The translations under genes were made by a program, and so were the position numbers. Positions 9,192 through 18,863 of a DNA stretch of 52,866 nt are shown here, piece after piece. Numbering within the stretch: position 1 is the first letter of the stretch; every line of letters begins with the position of its first letter. The DNA is from a virus (taxonomy: Duplodnaviria; Caudoviricetes), in the IMG/VR virus record IMGVR_UViG_3300017971_000066, positions 1-52,866 of that record; one strand, given 5' to 3'. The notes below the pieces were generated by a model. It had not been told where the DNA came from. It saw only the letters and a program-made list of their open reading frames with translations, and made no database searches.

Positions 9192-12100
9192 TCCTTCAGT
9201 TTCTCAAGCATATCCAGCTGTTGCTGCTGCTCTGCTACCAGCTCTTCGGCTGTTGCCCGTGTCTCGATCTCAATTTCATTGCCTTCTGGATCCAGCACGG
9301 TTTCTTTATCAACCAGCTTTATTTTAGCAAGTGGCCTGCCTTTTTTCTCAGTCTGTTTGTCAATATTATCCATGAATGCAGCCATTTCTGCATCCTGCTG
9401 ACTCACTGTTTCTTGAGCTTCTGGTTTGCGTAGCGCATACCCGGTATTTCCACTGGAATCACCGACTTCAACAATCTCGTAGCTGCTGTAGCCATTCTTC
9501 GTCTGGAAACTTTTGGCGGCGCCTTTTGTTGCGAACGGTTTCCCATTCTTCGGCACCACGTCTGTTTCCTGCAGTGTTCTGCGTTCCAGCTCTTCTTGTG
9601 CCTTGCGCTCCTCTGCCTCGCGCTCGGCGCGAGCCATGTCTTTCTTTTCCTGCTCACGGAACTGCTTCAGCTTTTTGTCACGTTTGGCCTGCTCTTCTGC
9701 TTGGCGCTCGCCTCTTTTTGCGTCATATTCCGCTTCAAGATTTTCGGCAAAAGCAATAGTATTTTCTTCGCCGGTCAGATCAAAAGTCTTGGTCCGTGCG
9801 TCTGCTCGGCCAATGGTGTTGGCCACGGAATACAGGCCAAGGTCTTTGCCTTCGATCATATTGTCATTGATCGCTATTCCTGCCAGGCCGGCAATATAGC
9901 CATCAACGAATTTTTTCTTCTCCCCAGCTGGCAGCCTGTCCTCATAAGACTTGTCGAACATTGCTTCGCCTTTCGCTCTCGGAGATCCTGGCTCTGCCGC
10001 TTTTTGCTCGACTGGTTTGTGGTTTGCCACGAAGAAGGCATAAGCGATACCCTCTGGCGTCAATGAACGCAGACCTTCATCTTTCTCAGCCCTGCTCCAC
10101 ATTTTATGCATTAATGATCCTTGTTTAGGATCTACGTTTGCAGTCGGCAGGTTCGGATTAAAGTTGCCCCAGAAGTCGGTCTTCTTGGTGTAGTCATCGC
10201 CAAAATGATGTGGCTCAAACTTCAGTGTTGCCTCTGGCATTCCCATTTCGGAAGCGATTCTACCAACCGGGTTTTCCAGTACAGTAAACTGTGTAGGTTC
10301 CGCCAGGCCAATCAGCATGTCCGTCATAGCTACCAGCGCTTTGGTGTACTGCTTTGGCTCATTGAAGTATTCTGCAGCGTCTGGTCCGAACATGGCATTT
10401 ACCATGTCGTTGTCCTTTGGATCGTGTCGCTCATTCCACCACCGAGCACCAGATGCTGCAAAACAAGTACAAGGCGGCTGCGCGATTACGCCGACGATCT
10501 CGAACCCAGCGTCCTTAATTTCCTGAATCTGCCCCACTGGCGGATACTTAAAAATATCATCGCCAAGTTTGAGGTCATACTGAACAACCTGGTAGCCAGC
10601 GTCCTTCCACGGCTTACTGATTTCACCTGTTGCGTCAAACAGGGAAATGATAACTCTATTGCTGTTATCTTCGTTTTTGCCTGCGTCTTTGGCAGCCTGC
10701 TTCCAGCCTTTGATAATCTTATTTGCTTCAGCCTGTGATACCTGCGGAGGTGTCTGCTCCTTCTTTCTTAAATTTACCCTACCCTGGGTAGGTGTGAAGT
10801 ATTCTTCAGAAACGGTAAAGCCGTCCCAGTTACCGAATTCATCACGAAATGCATCTTCAGCCGCTTCTGCTTCTTCGTCGATCTTATAGTCAATACCAGC
10901 GACAGCCTCTTCAGATCGCTTTAGCACACGGGCATCATATTCTTCAAATGTTTCACCTGGGCGCTGAATCAGCTGATATTCATTTCCGTCAGCATAGCCT
11001 TCGATACCGTTTGTGTACCAAAGATGATCTATGACCTTGCCGTTTTGGACAGCAACAAAACTCATTGTCTCATTCTGCCCAGCACCAAGGATCTCGAAGT
11101 CTGCGCCTTCTTCCACTCTCACTAACCTCATGAATGCAGAATCAGTATCACCTTCAATATCATTGGCAAGCTCAGTTACCCGGTACTCAACTTCGCGTCC
11201 GCCAGCCTCATTCCTGTCGATCTTGACAATAATGTCACCAACTTTGAAATGATCTGTGAGCTTTTCCTTCGGGTTATTCTTAACAAAGAATGACGTATCA
11301 GATTGTGGGTTTGGCTCAATTTCAAACTGCTCAGTGAACTTCAGGCCAATATACTCTTCTGTCTCAGTCTTCTCGATCTGATCCAGCAGATTGGTCTGGC
11401 CACGCGCTTCTCGCTGATCAACTTCTCGATCTGAGCCGGTCAGGGTAAATTCACCTTCAGGTTCAGGCTCTGGCTCTACCTTTTGCGCTTCGCGCTTGGC
11501 GATGTCTTCTTCGGTGTATGTTTCGAGCTGGAAGTCCTCTGCCTCATCTTGCTTGCGACCTTCTTGCACTTTTTGCCCATCGGCATTCTCCTTCAAACGT
11601 GTTAATTCACGAACGATGGCGGCATCGCTCAAATTGCGTTCCAGTAGGTTCATAACAACCTCTGGATCCACACCAGCATTTTCTGTAGCTACAACAAGAT
11701 CAGCAATAGACCTGGTTTCCGTATCCCAGTCAGACTCGTAATATTCCTGCGCAATGCCATCGATGTTCTCTTCGGCCAGCGTTTCGTGAACATAGTCCTG
11801 ACCTTCGACGCGCTCCATTTCCAGCATGTCCAGCATGCCTTCCACCCATTCTTGCTGGCGAATACCTAGACGTTTTCCCGCCAGGGCTTTATCGACGGCA
11901 TTTCTCAGCGCTTTGACGCTGGGATATCCACCACTCTGGAACCAGTCGGGATTGATGGATGGCGTGCGCCCTGTGATACGGTCGTTCTCGTCGTAGGTAT
12001 ACTGGATGTCACCACCTTCAACCAGCTCGGCAGTCATATTCTTCAGGCCAGCCCTGAATGTTATATCCTGAATACGATCAAGACCCTTTGGTCCGCCGAA

Positions 12101-13885
12101 ATCTTTTGGCGGCTCGCCTTTGACTTGCTCAGGCATACCGCGCTCATCGAACATCTGTTCCTGCTCGGTTTCCTGTATTGGCTGCGGCGTTCTGAGCGCC
12201 TGCAACACGTCCTGTGCAAACTTCTTGGCAAAGCGCACGCCTTCGCCCGTGGAAATGCCCTTGGCCTCAATACCGGCTTTTTTCAGATCCCTGCGGATAG
12301 CACCGGGATCTCCCTCTACCATCAGGCTACCCTGCTCGGTAATGCGCATGCCGTACCTGGTGGTTGGGCCTTCAGTCGTGACCGGGGCATGACCCATATT
12401 AATAGGGGCCGGCAGACCAGCTCTGTGCGGGGTCGCGGGTAGTGCTGGCTGGCCTACTGGCATTGCAGCATCAGTTGGCTGCAGCTGTGGCTGCACCAGA
12501 ATTTCTTCATTGATGATCGGGCGCGTTAATGCCTCGACCTTTTTGTATTCTCTTTCGACGTGCGGCAGCGGATGTGATGTCGCGGCATCCGTATAAGGAT
12601 TTGGTCGAAGGCGATCCATGTCAGCCGTGCTTTGGTATGGCTGGACGATATCAGTTGTGTTAAAGCTGACTGGTTCTAGAGCTTTTGCTGCCGCTTGTTC
12701 TTCAGCCGCGCGCATGTCCTGCTGAAATTTAGCAAATCCCTGAACCTCTTCAGGTTTGGTCATGTCCACGCCGGTATTGTCGGTTACCGCATCGGTGACG
12801 GTATCACCGGTTTTCAGCTTGTTGACCACGGCCAGCTCGCCGATACTCATTGGAGCCGACATCAATGATTCCAGTACAGCATCCGTGGCGGACGCTTCAC
12901 CGGTTGCAGCTAATTCGCCGGCATATTCACCGATACCCTCGGCGAATGTCTCATTCGAGAATGCACCAACACCACGGGCGATATTCTTACCCTTGGTGGT
13001 CGCTTCGGTAAATGCTTTACCACCGGCTGCGACAACCTGTTCGGCAATATTCCTGTCAGCCATGGCAGCAGCAACGGCTGTTTTGTCGGCCACATCAACG
13101 CCATTGCGTGCCAGAACCTTGGATACAGCTTGCTCTACAGCTTTGCCAGGTACGCCAAGAATCAACTTTGACAGACCCATGGAAAGAGCATCAACACTGG
13201 TAATTACGCCACCCTTGATAATGCCCTCAGACAAGGCGTCGATACGCTCTTGCTCGGTAAATTCTTTGTCTTTGGCCTTTTCTGTTGCCTTGAAGCCGGT
13301 TTCGATCAAGGTGTTGCCAGCGAACAATCCGATAAGGCCGCCAACAACTGTGCCGACTGGACCTGCTGCTGTGCCGACTGCACCACCGGCCATCATGCCG
13401 CCCATAGCGACACCCATGTTCGGCAGCTGGGCACCCAGCTCATCGAGCGCACCCAATGGCGATTCCCAGATAGCACCGGCTACATTGGAGATACCATCAA
13501 GAATACCTTCATCGCCCTCTTCCATACGCTTTGCCAGCGCATCATAAAAGAGCTTCTGATCATCAGTGACGTTGGCCGATTCAAGATCAGCAGCATTGGC
13601 CACGACATCATCGAGATCGCCAACAGAAGTATTCCAGGCCGCCTTGGTGCCAGCCCAAAGTTTCTGGAAACCACCTCCTACAGCGCCCAGCCAGCTGTCA
13701 TCGATCCAGTCTCTTTCTTCCTCATTGGCCACTGGCTCCCAGTCATCCATTGAGGCACCAACTGGCTCCCAGTCATCCATTGAGGAACCGACTGGCTCCC
13801 AGTCATCCTGGCTCCACTCATCCGCAGCGTTTTGCTGACGATTGAGAATATCTCTCTGTTCGTCAGATAAATAGCCGTATGCCAT
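9179..13885 (-). CDS. Large internal virion/ejection-type polyvalent protein with an embedded C5 cytosine DNA methyltransferase domain (1568 aa)
   Basis: Last of the ejection-type gene block, with a Gly/Ala-rich hydrophobic N-terminal third. At ~10020-10660 it carries MTase motifs SLFDATG (motif I variant), QPPCT (IV), LENPVG (VI), YTKKTDFW and RSLTPEGIAYAFFVAN. Confidence 0.8.
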   Translation of the reverse strand: MAYGYLSDEQRDILNRQQNAADEWSQDDWEPVGSSMDDWEPVGASMDDWEPVANEEERDWIDDSWLGAVGGGFQKLWAGTKAAWNTSVGDLDDVVANAADLESANVTDDQKLFYDALAKRMEEGDEGILDGISNVAGAIWESPLGALDELGAQLPNMGVAMGGMMAGGAVGTAAGPVGTVVGGLIGLFAGNTLIETGFKATEKAKDKEFTEQERIDALSEGIIKGGVITSVDALSMGLSKLILGVPGKAVEQAVSKVLARNGVDVADKTAVAAAMADRNIAEQVVAAGGKAFTEATTKGKNIARGVGAFSNETFAEGIGEYAGELAATGEASATDAVLESLMSAPMSIGELAVVNKLKTGDTVTDAVTDNTGVDMTKPEEVQGFAKFQQDMRAAEEQAAAKALEPVSFNTTDIVQPYQSTADMDRLRPNPYTDAATSHPLPHVEREYKKVEALTRPIINEEILVQPQLQPTDAAMPVGQPALPATPHRAGLPAPINMGHAPVTTEGPTTRYGMRITEQGSLMVEGDPGAIRRDLKKAGIEAKGISTGEGVRFAKKFAQDVLQALRTPQPIQETEQEQMFDERGMPEQVKGEPPKDFGGPKGLDRIQDITFRAGLKNMTAELVEGGDIQYTYDENDRITGRTPSINPDWFQSGGYPSVKALRNAVDKALAGKRLGIRQQEWVEGMLDMLEMERVEGQDYVHETLAEENIDGIAQEYYESDWDTETRSIADLVVATENAGVDPEVVMNLLERNLSDAAIVRELTRLKENADGQKVQEGRKQDEAEDFQLETYTEEDIAKREAQKVEPEPEPEGEFTLTGSDREVDQREARGQTNLLDQIEKTETEEYIGLKFTEQFEIEPNPQSDTSFFVKNNPKEKLTDHFKVGDIIVKIDRNEAGGREVEYRVTELANDIEGDTDSAFMRLVRVEEGADFEILGAGQNETMSFVAVQNGKVIDHLWYTNGIEGYADGNEYQLIQRPGETFEEYDARVLKRSEEAVAGIDYKIDEEAEAAEDAFRDEFGNWDGFTVSEEYFTPTQGRVNLRKKEQTPPQVSQAEANKIIKGWKQAAKDAGKNEDNSNRVIISLFDATGEISKPWKDAGYQVVQYDLKLGDDIFKYPPVGQIQEIKDAGFEIVGVIAQPPCTCFAASGARWWNERHDPKDNDMVNAMFGPDAAEYFNEPKQYTKALVAMTDMLIGLAEPTQFTVLENPVGRIASEMGMPEATLKFEPHHFGDDYTKKTDFWGNFNPNLPTANVDPKQGSLMHKMWSRAEKDEGLRSLTPEGIAYAFFVANHKPVEQKAAEPGSPRAKGEAMFDKSYEDRLPAGEKKKFVDGYIAGLAGIAINDNMIEGKDLGLYSVANTIGRADARTKTFDLTGEENTIAFAENLEAEYDAKRGERQAEEQAKRDKKLKQFREQEKKDMARAEREAEERKAQEELERRTLQETDVVPKNGKPFATKGAAKSFQTKNGYSSYEIVEVGDSSGNTGYALRKPEAQETVSQQDAEMAAFMDNIDKQTEKKGRPLAKIKLVDKETVLDPEGNEIEIETRATAEELVAEQQQQLDMLEKLKECLG
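13731..13808 (-). repeat. 30-bp tandem repeat (~2.6 copies) encoding DDWEPV(G/A)
   Basis: actggctcccagtcatcc recurs at 13731, 13761 and 13791. Confidence 0.9.
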
Positions 13886-14664
13886 TATTTGATTTTCTCT
13901 ACAGTTCCGTCAGCATTTTTACGCCATACTGTGTTTGTAGGCCTGTGCCTCATTTCCATACCAACATCCATGCGCTCAATCATGGAAGGTGAAGGTCGGA
14001 AGTTACTGCCATTGCCGCCAGATCCTCCGCCGCCTGTGCCCTGCATGTTCATTAAAGTATTCAGCCTGTTACTCGCATTCTCATATTCCACATATAATGG
14101 ATCGCCTGGCTCTGGACGCATGCCGCCGTTTTGCTCTGTAAGGAGCTTCAGGTGATTCTGCAGTACCTTTTTATCGGTCTGGTCGGCTGTGGCTGAATAG
14201 CGCGATTGCTCGACTTTGCGCAATGGCGTAAATGATGGCTGCGGCTGCACTGGGCCTTCATCAGAATAATTAACACCCTCATCGAATAGGCCAAGCGCAC
14301 CTGGCCTCTTCTCCACGACATGCTGATTTTTTGTTATAGGATCTTCAGTCAGCATGTAATCAGGTTTGCGGTATTTATCCTGCATCTTGTACTGATTTTC
14401 AGTCGATTCGAGCGCACGCCGATGCTTCAGCTCATTCTGGCCTTCGGTATAGGCGCGCTCGTCACCCAGCAGACCTCTGTCATATTGACGCTGATCTACT
14501 CTATCGTCCAGTGTATCAGTGCGCTTTCGGTCATAGCGTTTCATCCATGATTCATCCTGTACCTGTATCAGCCGTTCTTTACGACGCATTTCTAGGATAT
14601 CCCCGGCCTGATCGGCAACAACGCCTGCTGCGCCGGCTGCAGCATTTGACCAGTTAAAACTCAT
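13885..14664 (-). CDS. Probable internal virion/ejection protein (259 aa)
   Basis: N-terminal 'AAAGAAG' followed by a charged helical segment; position in the ejection block. Confidence 0.65.
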   Translation of the reverse strand: MSFNWSNAAAGAAGVVADQAGDILEMRRKERLIQVQDESWMKRYDRKRTDTLDDRVDQRQYDRGLLGDERAYTEGQNELKHRRALESTENQYKMQDKYRKPDYMLTEDPITKNQHVVEKRPGALGLFDEGVNYSDEGPVQPQPSFTPLRKVEQSRYSATADQTDKKVLQNHLKLLTEQNGGMRPEPGDPLYVEYENASNRLNTLMNMQGTGGGGSGGNGSNFRPSPSMIERMDVGMEMRHRPTNTVWRKNADGTVEKIK

Positions 14665-15203
14665 TACAAAATGCCCCCCTGTTCAGGCGCTGCTTGCGCT
14701 TGAGGTTCTGCGCCCATCTGCTGTGCCATCTGGCCCATGCCCTGCGCAAATTCCTGCTCATTGAATTTACCTGGGTGTTTTTCTGCCCAGTTGGTAAGCG
14801 TGAGCTGAATGGTTTGAATGATCTCTTGCTGACCCAGCTCGTCGCCATTGATTACGCCTCCTGCTGCCATATCTTCGAGCAGAATCTCGAACAGCTTGAC
14901 ACCGATCTCGGCAGCGGCTTGTTGGGGTAATTCTCCAAATTCCTTTTCGAGTCTATCGAGAACCCCATTGATTGCTGTAGACATCGACACGGCGAAGGTT
15001 TGATTTCCGCCTTGCTGAAACATCTGAATAAGGTTTTCAAAATTTTCACCATACAGCATCTCGATAGCGTATTTCATGAGAGGTTTTACTTCCTCACTAA
15101 CGTCATCAAGTGTAGCAGACTGACCTTGCTGCTGCACCGGTTCCTGTGCCATTTCTGGACCAGCTGCTGGCGTCATTTCTTCTTCGTCGAGTAAGCCCTT
15201 CAT
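14664..15203 (-). CDS. Hypothetical virion-associated protein (179 aa)
   Basis: Gln/Met-rich coupled ORF beginning MKGLL and ending GGIL, a pattern common in podovirus core genes. Confidence 0.65.
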   Translation of the reverse strand: MKGLLDEEEMTPAAGPEMAQEPVQQQGQSATLDDVSEEVKPLMKYAIEMLYGENFENLIQMFQQGGNQTFAVSMSTAINGVLDRLEKEFGELPQQAAAEIGVKLFEILLEDMAAGGVINGDELGQQEIIQTIQLTLTNWAEKHPGKFNEQEFAQGMGQMAQQMGAEPQAQAAPEQGGIL

Positions 15204-16048
15204 GTTCTCACCATCCCCTCACGCTGGCGGTCCAGCATTTTTTTGTAGTTTGCATTCTGCCCACCCTGATAGAGCGGAGTATAACCGGTTTGACGTAACA
15301 GGCCGGCCTGCGGCGTGTAGCCTCTGCTTGCCAGGCTGCTGTTGATCTCGTTCATGCGAGCGATGTACTCGTCGGGATTATCGATTGACTGGTGTTCACG
15401 CGCATAGCGCTCTGCATCCAGATCACTCTGCAATGCATATTTCTCGCGCAGAAGATCAGTCTCGTCAGGCTTCAGACCAGCCTGAATGAACCCGGCGCCA
15501 ATCTGTGTCAGCCCTGGGTTTTTCTCCATCCAGCCGATAGGATCTGAAAGCAATCCGGATGGCTCACCTGGGGCTGTTTCGGCGACAACATCATTGCCGG
15601 CCAGCTTGTCGAGGATACCGCCTTCCGTTGCATTGCCAACTGAAGAGCCAGACGTGGTAATCGCGTTACCCGCTGCGTCGAAGTCCATTGAATCGAATGC
15701 TGCAAACTCTGCTGCAGAACCTGCTGGCAATACGCCTGAGATTCCTTCAGCACCGATAGCATCAAATGGCGCTGAACCGAAGTTTGCCCATTCACCAGAC
15801 GTGCCAGCGCCGAACAAAGTCTGAGCGCCGCCGGACGTGCCAGCAGACACAGCTATTTCCGAGCCGACATTCGCCGCTGCATCAGCGCCGTACCCAAGTG
15901 CCGTGGCACCCTTGTCGAACAGTGTCCCACCAAAGGCCATGCCCGCTATAGAACCGATCAGCTCATTCCCCGTGATCTTTGTGACCACATGACTTACTGC
16001 GGCACCAACAAGCACCTTACCAATAAACGCTACGACTGGACCTGACAT
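15200..16048 (-). CDS. Probable ejection/DNA transfer protein (282 aa)
   Basis: Hydrophobic Gly/Ala-rich N-terminus; position after the GNAT-like gene. Confidence 0.65.
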   Translation of the reverse strand: MSGPVVAFIGKVLVGAAVSHVVTKITGNELIGSIAGMAFGGTLFDKGATALGYGADAAANVGSEIAVSAGTSGGAQTLFGAGTSGEWANFGSAPFDAIGAEGISGVLPAGSAAEFAAFDSMDFDAAGNAITTSGSSVGNATEGGILDKLAGNDVVAETAPGEPSGLLSDPIGWMEKNPGLTQIGAGFIQAGLKPDETDLLREKYALQSDLDAERYAREHQSIDNPDEYIARMNEINSSLASRGYTPQAGLLRQTGYTPLYQGGQNANYKKMLDRQREGMVRT

Positions 16049-16471
16049 TTATATCACCTTTTTGGAGTAGAACACCCCATCCTCGTTATAACCCAAAATA
16101 TTCATCATTTTTCTGTACCTATCATTTTTACTTTCATCCGATAATATGACCGTATCGATTCCTTGGCTCGCTGCCCATTTCTCGAAATTCCTTATCAGAC
16201 GATGTGTAGACCGGTCAGAAAAACACATCAATTCTACGGCTCGCTTACTACCCCATATACTGGTATCCACCATGCCGCCAAACATGCCAACCAATTCTCC
16301 ATCGATTTCTACGACTTCAAAGTGAAAAGCAGGCAATACGGCCCCTACCGTTACCATACGGCGCAAATGCAATTCATCCATCGGCTGATCCCGATAAACG
16401 GTGAATGCATGCGCCTTTTTAAATAAAGGTAGCAGTTTTTTATAATCGTCAGGCCGAGCCTTTCTGATCAT
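16049..16471 (-). CDS. GNAT-fold acetyltransferase-like protein (140 aa)
   Basis: MIRKARPDD start, 'DGELVGMFGG', 'LIRNFEKWAASQG' and 'LGY' are GNAT hallmarks. Confidence 0.75.
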   Translation of the reverse strand: MIRKARPDDYKKLLPLFKKAHAFTVYRDQPMDELHLRRMVTVGAVLPAFHFEVVEIDGELVGMFGGMVDTSIWGSKRAVELMCFSDRSTHRLIRNFEKWAASQGIDTVILSDESKNDRYRKMMNILGYNEDGVFYSKKVI

Positions 16472-17541
16472 GTTGTAGTTGTGCCTGGCATAGAACTGAG
16501 TCCTGATAGGAAGTTCAGTCCAGCCTTCAGGTTACCAACAATGACAGACAGGCCATTTTTCTGCTGCGTGGCGCTCATGTCAGGATTATCAAGGAACGTG
16601 GAGATCGACTTGATGGTGTCTGAGTACATGCCGGCCATTGCAGAGTCCAGATTTTCCATGATGCTGTATTCCTGCTTCAGGGTTTCCAGATCCAATGCGT
16701 AACGCTGATCAATCGCTGACAGTCGTTCACGAATACTGGCATCAGCATTCATCAGGTAGTCACGGTAATCAGTATCCAGATACATCTGGTACTGCTGGGC
16801 TAGGTTTTGACTTGCTGTTGTGGCCGCTTGATTCTGGACATCAGCGAAATACTGATCTGACTTGTTGCGGGCATCCTGATTGGCCAGGCTCTGCTTATAC
16901 ATGGTTTCAGCGTCTTGCTGGGCAATCGGCATAGCCGACTCGATGGCAGCGCGCTGGGCGTTACCTGCAGCAATACTGGAATTGAGAAGGCCTCTGGCGT
17001 TCGCCTGTTCCATCGCTTGCTGGCGTGCCTGTTGGATATACGGGTTATCGGTATCGAGCAGCCCTTGGAGGCGCTTTTCTACCAACATCTGGTCAGTGAT
17101 TTCACCCAGTACAGGGTCATAACCAACAACTTCAGGCTTGAAGCCTTTACCAGTATCCCATGCGCCCATTGACTGCGGCTCAAAGATCCCGCCTTCGTAT
17201 GGTCCGCCAGGAGTATATCCACCTGTGCCGGAGCCGCCAGACAATGCATCAAACTGCTGCTTCCAGTAAGTGTCCATTTCGTTGAGCTGGTCTTGAACAC
17301 TGGTTACGTCACTGGGGCTGGCCAAATTATAGAAACTGTCATTCTTCACATACTGCGGAATCTCTGTGTAAGTTGATCCTCCGCTGTCATCCATCGGTTT
17401 TTGAATAGTTCCGATTTTGGTGTAGTTGCTATCGCCGGCAAATTTGTCACCGCCAAACCCTGTTAATATTGAGTAGCCAGGTGTAACAATATCTTGCGCG
17501 TTGTAATACTGGTCGAGTGGTTCGTAATAAGTGACTGCCAT
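16468..17541 (-). CDS. Probable internal virion protein (357 aa)
   Basis: 'NPYIQQARQQAMEQANARGLLNSSIAAG...AMPIAQQDA' motif typical of podovirus core proteins. Confidence 0.7.
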   Translation of the reverse strand: MAVTYYEPLDQYYNAQDIVTPGYSILTGFGGDKFAGDSNYTKIGTIQKPMDDSGGSTYTEIPQYVKNDSFYNLASPSDVTSVQDQLNEMDTYWKQQFDALSGGSGTGGYTPGGPYEGGIFEPQSMGAWDTGKGFKPEVVGYDPVLGEITDQMLVEKRLQGLLDTDNPYIQQARQQAMEQANARGLLNSSIAAGNAQRAAIESAMPIAQQDAETMYKQSLANQDARNKSDQYFADVQNQAATTASQNLAQQYQMYLDTDYRDYLMNADASIRERLSAIDQRYALDLETLKQEYSIMENLDSAMAGMYSDTIKSISTFLDNPDMSATQQKNGLSVIVGNLKAGLNFLSGLSSMPGTTTT

Positions 17542-17542
17542 T

Positions 17543-17803
17543 TTAGTCTCCGTTGTTCATTTTCAATAGCATTTGCTCAAGCAGTTTTCGCTGTGCGCTA
17601 ACTTGATCTAATATCAACCGCTGCCTGGCATCTGCTGCAGCCTGTTGGGTTTTTACTTCTTGAATAACTTGCTCATTCTGCACTTGCTGCGTCACAGCCT
17701 GCTCAAGCGTACTGATCTTCTGGAATCCTGCGCCAAATGCAGTTGTCGTGGAAATTACTGCGGCAATGATTGGCCATGCATCAATTATTTTTCTTATTTC
17801 CAT
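17543..17803 (-). CDS. Membrane-anchored coiled-coil protein (possible holin/spanin component)
   Basis: N-terminal hydrophobic segment (WPIIAAVISTTTAFGAG) then a Gln-rich coiled coil; start placed after GGTGGAG. Confidence 0.6.
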   Translation of the reverse strand: MEIRKIIDAWPIIAAVISTTTAFGAGFQKISTLEQAVTQQVQNEQVIQEVKTQQAAADARQRLILDQVSAQRKLLEQMLLKMNNGD

Positions 17804-18026
17804 CATCTCCACCAAGTAATTGAATGATAACTTCCTGTCGCTGCTCAACGGCCATTAACCGTATTTCCATCGCGTCACCGCGCTGCTTTGTAAATCTGTC
17901 GCCTTGTCCCATGAAATCTTGAGCGGCTTTCACAAAGTGTGCATGCTCTTCCTGCATTTCTGCTCTTACATAAACCATGTAGCCAAGAACAATAATGACC
18001 AGCATAAATATCAATTTTTCTTTCAT
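17781..18026 (-). CDS. Membrane-anchored protein (81 aa)
   Basis: N-terminal TM helix LIFMLVIIVLGYMVYV. Confidence 0.65.
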   Translation of the reverse strand: MKEKLIFMLVIIVLGYMVYVRAEMQEEHAHFVKAAQDFMGQGDRFTKQRGDAMEIRLMAVEQRQEVIIQLLGGDDGNKKNN

Positions 18027-18223
18027 CCGCCCATAAATAAGCGCTTTATGTCTGGCAGGAAATTCGCCAGAGCGATTGCGCCTATTAATCCGTAAGTAAT
18101 TTTTTCTTGCATAGCCAGGCGGCGCTCATGATGGTCAAGCCTTTCATTGTGTCTTGATATCACGTCTTCGAGTGCCTCAATTTTCCCATCACGCTTTCCG
18201 GCCTCATAATCATGATCGGTCAC
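18023..18223 (-). CDS. Coiled coil plus C-terminal TM protein (XhlA/holin-like)
   Basis: 'RLDHHERRLAMQEK' coiled coil followed by YGLIGAIALANFL; GTG start inferred. Confidence 0.6.
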   Translation of the reverse strand: MTDHDYEAGKRDGKIEALEDVISRHNERLDHHERRLAMQEKITYGLIGAIALANFLPDIKRLFMGG

Positions 18224-18225
18224 TA

Positions 18226-18579
18226 TTACCACCTTGGACCGAACCACCGCACAGCATAGTACATACTTTGGGCCTTAATCCGTGCCACGCCGTCTTCCAC
18301 CATTGCCTGGTAAAACATTTTGTCCACATCTTTTCTAGTCTCGCCTCTATGGTCAGCGTAATAGGAATCATGCAGCAAGGCTGCACGGCGATAATGTCCA
18401 GTGAAAGGTGAACCAATCGCCCGCCACAGGAATCTGGGTATTGAAGCGCCATCGTAAGGTACGTTGGTTTTTGCAGTCCAGACTTTGCCCTGCTGATCGA
18501 CGTAGCTCAATTCCTCGACCAGCATCATGTCTCGGCCATTTCTGACCCAGATTGTAATTGGTGTGCCTGAAAAACTCAT
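18226..18579 (-). CDS. DUF1353-like protein (117 aa)
   Basis: DGASIPRFLW, AALLHDSYY and MYYAVRWFG motifs. Confidence 0.85.
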   Translation of the reverse strand: MSFSGTPITIWVRNGRDMMLVEELSYVDQQGKVWTAKTNVPYDGASIPRFLWRAIGSPFTGHYRRAALLHDSYYADHRGETRKDVDKMFYQAMVEDGVARIKAQSMYYAVRWFGPRW

Positions 18580-18580
18580 T

Positions 18581-18820
18581 TCAATCCGGGGTAAACCCGT
18601 CCTCTTTCAAGCACATTGTTTTCCACGCCTCAATGCGTTCTGGCGTATTAAAGGATCTCCGGATAGCACCTACTGAGGCGCCATAGCAGATCGTGAATTC
18701 TGAAGCTGTCACTGCATCGTCATTGGCCTTGGCACCTGTGCGCACCACCTCAGAAATGCCAGAGCATCCACTCAGTAGCAACAAGAGTAGCAATGACAAT
18801 GATGCAAAAAAAATTCTCAT
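18581..18820 (-). CDS. Lipoprotein (79 aa), possible outer-membrane lysis/spanin component
   Basis: MRIFFASLSLLLLLLLSGC signal peptide with LSGC lipobox; GGAG RBS upstream of ATG 18820. Confidence 0.75.
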   Translation of the reverse strand: MRIFFASLSLLLLLLLSGCSGISEVVRTGAKANDDAVTASEFTICYGASVGAIRRSFNTPERIEAWKTMCLKEDGFTPD

Positions 18821-18830
18821 TCTTATCTCC

Positions 18831-18857
18831 AAAAAGAAAGCGGGACCGAAGTCCCGC
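18831..18857 (-). terminator. Intrinsic terminator
   Basis: Minus strand GCGGGAC-TTCG-GTCCCGC-TTTCTTTTT. Confidence 0.85.
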
Positions 18858-18863
18858 GAGTCA

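Noticed and set aside
13731-13808. CRISPR-like mini-array
   Set aside because: The 30-bp in-frame coding repeat has no unique spacers, and there are no cas genes.
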